Source of the DNA: a virus
Lineage: Duplodnaviria; Caudoviricetes
Strand: one strand, 5' to 3'
Length of the DNA stretch: 64,000 nt
IMG/VR virus record: IMGVR_UViG_3300028797_000101
Location: 95,305-159,304 of that record
Shown here: positions 57,327 to 64,000 of the stretch, in pieces
Numbering within the stretch: position 1 is the first letter of the stretch
Layout of the letters: each line of letters starts with the position of its first letter
Notes under the pieces: model-generated
What the model saw: only the letters and a program-made list of their open reading frames with translations
Told to the model about the DNA's origin: nothing
Databases searched by the model: none
Program-made: the position numbers and the translations under genes

Positions 57327-59378
57327 ATGGAGAAACATATCTACAAGAAAGTTTGCAAGTACTGCGGGAAGAAGTTTGAAACCTATTCTAACCGTCAACA
57401 ATATTGTGGAGAGGATTACGCAACCTGCGTAATATGCGGAAAGCCGTTCAAAATCAGAGAAATGTGCAACATACCTAAAACCTGCTCTGCGAAATGTAAA
57501 CAGAAGCAGATTGAGGCTACGTGTTTAGAAAAGTATGGTTCCATCTCTTCTGTAAATTCTAAGCATGGTAGAGAAAAAGCAAAGCAAACCTGTTTAGAGA
57601 AATATGGTGTAGAGTATTATACACAAACGGATGAATATAAAGAGAGGATGACAGCTACGTGTCTTGAGAGATTTGGCGTAAAGAGTCCTCTTCAGAATGA
57701 CACTATCAAAGAAAAACTTCGAGCAACTAATCAACAAAGATATGGTGGAAACAGTCCTATGTGTGATGAAACCATCAAACGTAAGGTTCGAGAAACTGTA
57801 ACGGAACGATACGGTGGATTCACTTTTCAATCTGAAGTATTGAGTGAAAAGGTAAAGAAAACTATGCTAGCTAGATATGGCGTAGAAGACTCTAGGCGTT
57901 CAAAAGAAATTCAGATGAAAGCAAGGGAAACAATGCTACAAAGGTACGGAGTAGCTAATCCTATGAAATCCCCTGAGATTCGTGCCAAAGGTGTTCAGAC
58001 TAGTTTAGGAAGATATGGAGTAGAGCATCCTTCTCAATCTGACAAAGTTAAATCTAAAGTCAAGCAGACTGTAGAGCAAAACTATGGTGTGTCTAATGTA
58101 TTCAAGTCTGAAGAAATCAAAGAGAAGATTCGACAGGTCAACCTAGAACGATATGGGTGCGAAAATCCAATGCAGAATGCAGAGATACAGGATAAGTCTA
58201 AACAGACCTGTTTAGAAAGATATGGTCATGAAAATTATCGCGGTTCCGATGTAGGTGTTTCTGCATCTATTTCTGACCCTACTAAATTTGAGCAGTTCAA
58301 GAGTTTCAAATCTGATCCTAGAGAATTTATACTCAAGCACTATGAAGATTCGCCTACACTTCAGAAATTGTCAGACGATTGCGGTGTAGATATTGCTACA
58401 ATATCTAACTATGTTGTACGTAACCACTGTCAAGAACTAGTTTCATATAGACCGCTTCTGCTAGAGTTACAAGTGATCGAATTCTTATCTGAAGTAGATC
58501 CAAACATTCAAATTAAACGGCACGATAGAGATATTATCACACCGTATGAAATTGATATTTACTTGCCGGAATACAAAATAGGTTTTGAGTGCAATCCTAC
58601 TGTTACGCACAATTCTTCTTTTGCAGATCCTTGGGGCATGAAAACTAAATCGTACAAGTATCATCAGATGAAGTCACAACTTGCACAAGAACAAGGTGTG
58701 TTCTTGTTTCATATTTTTGGATACGAATGGAGTAACCGGCGTGATGTATTAAAATCTATGATACGCAATTTACTCGGCAAAAATGCAAATAAGATTTATG
58801 CAAGAGATACTCAAGTAGTTACTATCTCTCATAAAGAGTGCGAAGCGTTCCTCAATGAAAATCATCGCCAAGGCGCTACGTACAGTAAAGTTTACTTAGG
58901 GCTCAAACATAGAGATGATCTAGTAGCTGTGATGACATTCAATCATCTTCGCAATACTATCGGTAGGACAAAAGATTGCGATGACACTACATGGGAGTTA
59001 AGTAGGTTCTGTGGAAAAGCAAATACTTCAATCATTGGTGGTGCGTCTAAGCTGTTTAAGCATTTTGTAACTACTTACAGCCCTAAGCGAATAATTTCAT
59101 TTTCTGATGTAGCTCACACCAAAGGAAATCTTTACAGTACGCTAGGTTTCAAACAAGTATCGGTATCTGCACCTAGCTATGTTTGGGTCAACGTTGCAAC
59201 TGACAAATATTTCAACCGAGTCACTTGTCAGAAAAACAATTTGAGGAAGTTATTTAGCGACCCAACCATTGATATCGAGCATCATACAGAACGAGAGATA
59301 ATGGAATCTCGTGGATTTGCACAAGTGTTCGATAGCGGAGTAATCAAGTGGAAGTTTGAACCTTTAATATCGGTGTAG
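57327..59378 (+). CDS. repeat-rich putative homing endonuclease (zinc fingers, T.LE.YG repeats, Vsr/DUF559-like nuclease, GNAT-like tail)
   Basis: About 11 (K/R)(Y/F)G repeats; EIDIYLPEYKIGFECN...H; WELSRFC...GGASKL. Confidence 0.75.
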   Translation: MEKHIYKKVCKYCGKKFETYSNRQQYCGEDYATCVICGKPFKIREMCNIPKTCSAKCKQKQIEATCLEKYGSISSVNSKHGREKAKQTCLEKYGVEYYTQTDEYKERMTATCLERFGVKSPLQNDTIKEKLRATNQQRYGGNSPMCDETIKRKVRETVTERYGGFTFQSEVLSEKVKKTMLARYGVEDSRRSKEIQMKARETMLQRYGVANPMKSPEIRAKGVQTSLGRYGVEHPSQSDKVKSKVKQTVEQNYGVSNVFKSEEIKEKIRQVNLERYGCENPMQNAEIQDKSKQTCLERYGHENYRGSDVGVSASISDPTKFEQFKSFKSDPREFILKHYEDSPTLQKLSDDCGVDIATISNYVVRNHCQELVSYRPLLLELQVIEFLSEVDPNIQIKRHDRDIITPYEIDIYLPEYKIGFECNPTVTHNSSFADPWGMKTKSYKYHQMKSQLAQEQGVFLFHIFGYEWSNRRDVLKSMIRNLLGKNANKIYARDTQVVTISHKECEAFLNENHRQGATYSKVYLGLKHRDDLVAVMTFNHLRNTIGRTKDCDDTTWELSRFCGKANTSIIGGASKLFKHFVTTYSPKRIISFSDVAHTKGNLYSTLGFKQVSVSAPSYVWVNVATDKYFNRVTCQKNNLRKLFSDPTIDIEHHTEREIMESRGFAQVFDSGVIKWKFEPLISV

Positions 59379-59412
59379 TACAATAGATTCCTAAATTTCG
59401 GAGGTGCATACA

Positions 59413-59715
59413 ATGAGTAAGTGGGCAGTTACGCTGAATTCTGGTAAAGCGCTTAGAGAAGCTATAGATGAAGAAGATGTCATTAAGTGTTTTGAATGCT
59501 TGAAAGCTTGTTATCAGGAGTTGCATGATAAGTTACCCGAGTCGTTTACAGATGTAGATTTGGACATGGCTCTAGAGGATATTGACATTCAACTGTCAGA
59601 TTTTCAAGATCCTGAAGATCCTGATGCGTACGAGGATGCAGAAGATGAGCTCAATTATCTGTTAGATGATTTCTATGATCTGTGCGATAACTTGCGTGTT
59701 TGGGTCGGAATGTAA
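59413..59715 (+). CDS. acidic hypothetical protein
   Basis: GGAGG RBS; L..FYDLCD.LRVWV. Confidence 0.65.
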   Translation: MSKWAVTLNSGKALREAIDEEDVIKCFECLKACYQELHDKLPESFTDVDLDMALEDIDIQLSDFQDPEDPDAYEDAEDELNYLLDDFYDLCDNLRVWVGM

Positions 59716-59745
59716 TCACAATATATTATTTATGGAGGAGTTTCA

Positions 59746-60567
59746 ATGAAGACATACATATCTGCTTCGTTCGACAATCCGGTGCCTCGTTGGCTGCGGA
59801 AGGATAAGAGGGCACTTGAAGCGCTGATTCGTAGTACTGGCATTGACTTGAAGAGCGCGGTATTTCATCATGAGCCAATAGGCCGAGGAAAAAGCTATCC
59901 GGTGTACGCAATAAAAAATGAGAGCAATGAAGATCTAACTGTCTGGATTCCGGAGATCTACAATGATGATTACAGAGTTCCAGATCCTTACAGCTCTAAC
60001 TATACCTCTATCAAGTATGTTCCTAAGAAGCATCTTGACATTGTAGATGTTGTGTATGTGTCTAAGGATTCTGCACTGAAGCCTGCAAGGGAGCACTATC
60101 AAGATCCTAGATACGATTCGTCTGGAAGATATAGGGGTCAGGTGTATAATGAAAATGCAGGTAAATGGAGTAATTATTACAGTTATAGTTCAGATAAGTA
60201 CGACAAATCTGGGTATCATATTCCTAAGCCTTCAGAGATGTTAGTTAAATGGTATCGTCAAGGTGGATCTAACAGACTTAAGGATAAACTTGATAAGATC
60301 TATCAGACACTTAAAGAGCTACAAGCTAGAATCGGCTCCATGAAGCTAGATGCGATGGATCCAGATGAATATAACGGCGATTTATTTAGTAACTGGATGC
60401 GGGGATTTGCTGATGCGGTTCAGAGTTATCGTCGTTTTCTGCGTAGATACAAAGGTGTGTTAGAATCCGGTCAAACAGATTCTTGGAGATCTTCCAGTAT
60501 GATTCAAGATTTACGTCAGCTTGAACGGAATATCAACTACCTGCAGAACAATGCCGAAGATCTGTAG
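59746..60567 (+). CDS. hypothetical protein
   Basis: GGAGGAG RBS; MKTYISAS leader. Confidence 0.7.
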   Translation: MKTYISASFDNPVPRWLRKDKRALEALIRSTGIDLKSAVFHHEPIGRGKSYPVYAIKNESNEDLTVWIPEIYNDDYRVPDPYSSNYTSIKYVPKKHLDIVDVVYVSKDSALKPAREHYQDPRYDSSGRYRGQVYNENAGKWSNYYSYSSDKYDKSGYHIPKPSEMLVKWYRQGGSNRLKDKLDKIYQTLKELQARIGSMKLDAMDPDEYNGDLFSNWMRGFADAVQSYRRFLRRYKGVLESGQTDSWRSSSMIQDLRQLERNINYLQNNAEDL

Positions 60568-60598
60568 TTTCTACTACTGTTAAACAAAGGAGAGTCTT

Positions 60599-62029
60599 AT
60601 GAAACGTTACATAATGGCAGCTACATTAGAAGGATTAGCTCAGCAGTTTTCATCTATTCCTGACGAGGAACGTGAAGATGTAATCTTCATAGATCCTACT
60701 TCTAGACCTGATAAAGAAAAGCCTGGTAAATATGCCATCTGGCTTCTGCGTCAGTATAAGAATGGCAGCTTAACAAAAGATCAATTTCAGAATGTAGAGG
60801 ATGGCTTACAAGATTTTGCAAGAAATTTTCGGAAGTATCCTAAGTCTGATCTTGGACAGTACGCTACAGTCGGTGAATTTCTAGAGGCTGTAGAAGAGGT
60901 CAACAATCGCGAGTTAACAGAAGCTGAAAAGAAGAAGATGCTCAAGAAACGTGCTCACAACGCTTCAGACACAGATAAGAAATTCATCGCGGAGGATGGT
61001 GAATGGGAGTGCTGGCAGCCACTCACCTATGAAGGTTCTATATCGCTTGCAAGAACTGGAGGAACAAAAGCATCATGGTGCACCGCTTATGAAGGTAACG
61101 ATCATTACTGGACTAGCTACACACAGAGAGGCCCATTGTACATTTTCCTGAATACTACGAATCCTGGTGAAAAATATCAGCTTCACATTCCTTCCAAGTC
61201 TTGGTACGACATAAATGATAGAAGCAAAGGCATGAATGCTTTCTATGAGTTCCTAGAAAATCATCCAAACTTCGCTGAATACTTCGACTACAAAGCAGAC
61301 CCGAACGGCTTTGTTACATTCAAAGGGAATGTTCTTAAATACAACGGACCCGAGGATGTTGTAATGCCAGACTACCTAGATAATTATGACTCTAGGATGT
61401 TCTCAGATAACAACCACATAACATCTGTTGATTTGAACAACATTACAGCAGTAGGAGCTCGTACATTTGAGAATTGCCCGGAACTTACAACCGTTGTAGG
61501 TAACAATGTAAGAACTATATCGACTAACGCATTTATACTGTGCGTACAGTTAACACAGTTTGTAGGATCTCAGTTGGAGTCCATAGGGGCTCGTGCATTC
61601 ACGAGCACGAGTTTACAATCTATAGACACATCTTCTGTAAGAACTATCGGCGAAGAAGCGTTCAGGGGTACAGACCTTACTTCTTTGAGATTACCTAAAG
61701 TGAAACAGATACCTGTAGGCCTTTGTCTCGCAGCTTCTGAACTTAGGGAGGTGCAGCTTAGTAGATCATTAGAGGAGATCGGCGCAGTTGCATTTGAAAG
61801 TTGCACCAAGTTAACAAACATCGTCATACCGGAACGTGTAGACAGCATCGGTAGACGTGCTTTTGCAAACTGTACATCGTTAACAACAATAACAATTCCT
61901 AAACGCGTTTCCTTCTTGGCGATGAATGCATTTGAAGGATGCTTTAACTTAGTAGTGCAAACCTACACTACTGATTGGGACAAGAGGCTTCGCGCTTGTG
62001 GAGTAAAAGACATCGTTCACCTACAATAA
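60599..62029 (+). CDS. protein with SWCT-type N-terminal domain and C-terminal BspA-type LRRs
   Basis: ASWCTA...GPLYIF; repeated IG..AF..C..L..I.IP. Confidence 0.85.
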   Translation: MKRYIMAATLEGLAQQFSSIPDEEREDVIFIDPTSRPDKEKPGKYAIWLLRQYKNGSLTKDQFQNVEDGLQDFARNFRKYPKSDLGQYATVGEFLEAVEEVNNRELTEAEKKKMLKKRAHNASDTDKKFIAEDGEWECWQPLTYEGSISLARTGGTKASWCTAYEGNDHYWTSYTQRGPLYIFLNTTNPGEKYQLHIPSKSWYDINDRSKGMNAFYEFLENHPNFAEYFDYKADPNGFVTFKGNVLKYNGPEDVVMPDYLDNYDSRMFSDNNHITSVDLNNITAVGARTFENCPELTTVVGNNVRTISTNAFILCVQLTQFVGSQLESIGARAFTSTSLQSIDTSSVRTIGEEAFRGTDLTSLRLPKVKQIPVGLCLAASELREVQLSRSLEEIGAVAFESCTKLTNIVIPERVDSIGRRAFANCTSLTTITIPKRVSFLAMNAFEGCFNLVVQTYTTDWDKRLRACGVKDIVHLQ

Positions 62030-62049
62030 ATTCAAGGAGGATAAACACT

Positions 62050-62412
62050 ATGAAGCGTCAATACATCAGAAGTGATGAGCGTCTCAAGCAGAAGAGAACA
62101 TCTGCTAAATTCACCGAGGGAGATATCACGAGGAATTCTCAGGGCACAGCCCCTAACGACGATAGCATGGCTCGTGTTTTCAACCGAATCATGAAAGATC
62201 CAGATGTTACTTTAGGTAAGAAGACTAGAAGAGGTTATCAGACAATCTTCTTCAAGGGCAATGACATCGGTTGGGTCAATGAGCGTGGAGTAGGTTGGAT
62301 CGACGATGCTGCTTATGATCTTCTCGCTAAGAACGAGGGACCTGCACATACCTGGATCTCTTCGCTGTTAGATGCAGTAGATTTGAAATCTACTTCAGAA
62401 AACGACAATTAA
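62050..62412 (+). CDS. hypothetical protein
   Basis: AAGGAGG RBS; MKRQYIRSD. Confidence 0.65.
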   Translation: MKRQYIRSDERLKQKRTSAKFTEGDITRNSQGTAPNDDSMARVFNRIMKDPDVTLGKKTRRGYQTIFFKGNDIGWVNERGVGWIDDAAYDLLAKNEGPAHTWISSLLDAVDLKSTSENDN

Positions 62413-62442
62413 CACATCTTCGCAACAATCCAATTTAGAAAT

Positions 62443-62476
62443 TAGCGTCTTTCAATAACATGAAAGGCGCTATTTT
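62443..62476 (+). terminator. intrinsic terminator
   Basis: TAGCGTCTTTCA-N6-TGAAAGGCGCTA-TTTT. Confidence 0.75.
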
Positions 62477-62549
62477 GTTGGCTGAAGCTACACCTTATAT
62501 AATTACATCAAGTTCTCTACAAATGACAATGTGAAGGAGGTCAAACAAT

Positions 62550-62786
62550 ATGAAACCTATGAGCTCAAAGATTTACGATGTTTTAAAGTGGATTGCAATA
62601 GTCGGTCTTCCTGCAGCATCTACGCTTATTGGAGATGTATTCCCTATCTGGAACATACCTTATGGCGCAGAGATTGCTAACACAATCACGCATGTAGCTG
62701 TTTTCCTCGGTGCATGCTTGATGATCAGTAACATGCAATACAAGAAACAGCAGCAAGAGTTGGAAGATACTCAGAAAGAAGAATAA
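62550..62786 (+). CDS. holin (Dp-1-type)
   Basis: MSSKIYDVLKWIAIVGLPA...W..PYG.EI..TIT.V.VFLG. Confidence 0.85.
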   Translation: MKPMSSKIYDVLKWIAIVGLPAASTLIGDVFPIWNIPYGAEIANTITHVAVFLGACLMISNMQYKKQQQELEDTQKEE

Positions 62787-62809
62787 ACACAAAAACGGAG
62801 GATAAAATT

Positions 62810-62978
62810 ATGATTACTTTGGTTAACTCTAGTGAAAATTTGATGGGTCTCAGCACCGACGTGAAGCCCCTCAACGTGTCTACAAATACGCTTTTCTTGG
62901 AGCTAGACACTAAAAAAATTCTATTATTTCGACGGCCGCGATTGGCAGCCCGTTGGAGGAGCAGAGGAGGGCGAATAA
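62810..62978 (+). pseudogene. small GLSTD.KP-type protein with +1 frameshift (or read error)
   Basis: Deleting one A in A7 at 62912-62918 gives ...FLELDTKKFYYFDGRDWQPVGGAEEGE*. Confidence 0.55.
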
Positions 62979-62979
62979 T

Positions 62980-64000
62980 ATGAATTATTTCGACTTATTA
63001 CTTGCGAATGAGCTAGGTGGAGGCGGAAGTGAACCAGCAGTCTTAATTGATAAGGACATCACGCAGAACGGAGATTATGCTGCGGCCGATGATGATGCAG
63101 ACGGCTACAGTTCGGTGCATGTTGACGTAGCACCTGACCTCACCACAAAGAACATCACTCAGAACGGTACTTATCAAGCATCGCAAGACAATGCTGATGG
63201 CTATTCAAGCGTGACAGTGGCACTTCCACTCGGAACCAAGTCCATCACGCAGAACGGGACTTATCAAGCATCTTCAGACAATCTGGAAGGATACAATCAA
63301 GTATCTGTTGAAGTACCCTCTCCTACTCTTGTTACTAAGAGCATTTCAGCTAATGGAACGTATACAGCATCATCTGATAATGCTGATGGATATTCAAGTG
63401 TTACAGTAACCGTGGCAAGCACTAACAAGGATATTGAAGGGGATTGCGATTTAGCCCCTTCTACATGTATTGGTTATGAAATTATAGTTACAGTGCCATC
63501 AACATATAATGGTACTAATATAACTTCAATATATGGTTTTCAAAATTGTTCAGGATTAAAACAGATAACGTTACCACAAATGCTTACGAAGATTAGCTCA
63601 TACGCATTTAGTGGTTGTTCAAAGCTAACCTCTATTAATATTCCAAGCGGAGTAACCCAGATCTTAAGTTATGCATTTCAAAATTGCTCAAGCTTAACCT
63701 CTATTAATATTCCAAGCGGAGTAACTAGTATTGATGTATACACTTTCAAAGGTTGCTCAAGCTTATTGTCCATCGAACTTCCAAGTGTAACTTCTATTGG
63801 AATTGGTGCATTCAATGGTTGTTCAAAGTTGACCTCCATTACACTTTCAAGTGGACTAACTTCTATTGGAAATACTGCATTTAGTGGTTGTTCAAGCTTA
63901 ACCTCCATTACACTTCCAAGTGGACTAACTTCTATTGGATATGGTGCTTTTCAAAGTTGTTCAAGCTTAACCTCTATTAATATTCCAAGCGGAGTAACTA
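62980..64000 (+). CDS. BspA-type LRR protein with four N-terminal ITQNGTY...DGYSSV repeats (partial, runs off window; not in ORF track)
   Basis: Open frame from ATG 62980 to the window end; GGAGG RBS; AF.GCS.LTSI.IPSGVT repeats. Confidence 0.85.
   Translation, partial: MNYFDLLLANELGGGGSEPAVLIDKDITQNGDYAAADDDADGYSSVHVDVAPDLTTKNITQNGTYQASQDNADGYSSVTVALPLGTKSITQNGTYQASSDNLEGYNQVSVEVPSPTLVTKSISANGTYTASSDNADGYSSVTVTVASTNKDIEGDCDLAPSTCIGYEIIVTVPSTYNGTNITSIYGFQNCSGLKQITLPQMLTKISSYAFSGCSKLTSINIPSGVTQILSYAFQNCSSLTSINIPSGVTSIDVYTFKGCSSLLSIELPSVTSIGIGAFNGCSKLTSITLSSGLTSIGNTAFSGCSSLTSITLPSGLTSIGYGAFQSCSSLTSINIPSGVT

Noticed and set aside
1-64000. tRNA/rRNA genes, integrase or prophage boundary
   Set aside because: No cloverleaf or T-loop signature seen in the few intergenic gaps, and no integrase or host genes; a tRNAscan-SE/Aragorn run would confirm.

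Overview
The whole window reads as part of a large, probably lytic, contractile-tailed phage of a low-GC Gram-positive (Clostridia-like) host. The host is inferred from sigma-A-type promoters, strong GGAGG/GAGG RBSs, a Dp-1-type holin and BspA-type LRR proteins; no host genes are visible. (1) 1-19.5 kb: a dense, translationally coupled + strand array of about 65 small accessory ORFs. They are built from a few recurrent peptide modules, and roughly a third of them are joined by a recurrent GAAAGYGAG motif. (2) 19.5-21.5 kb: a divergent control region with a sigma-like gene, a degenerate NUMOD4-HNH gene, back-to-back TTGACT-17-TA(T/C)AAT promoters, iteron-like repeats plus an AT-rich tract, and a ~190-nt highly structured non-coding element. 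(3) 21.5-43 kb: replication and recombination genes (DnaC-like loader, DnaB, primase, gp32-like SSB, family A polymerase, beta-clamp-like protein, DnaX/HolA/HolB-like clamp loader, Cas4-like nuclease, RecA, resolvase), plus a degenerate QueD-like gene and a DpdA/TGT-like gene suggesting 7-deazaguanine DNA modification. (4) 43-64 kb: packaging and virion genes (intein-containing terminase, apparently inactive LigA-like protein, portal, neck-like proteins, tail sheath), a repeat-rich endonuclease, LRR proteins and a holin. All calls are from reading motifs by eye; no searches were run.
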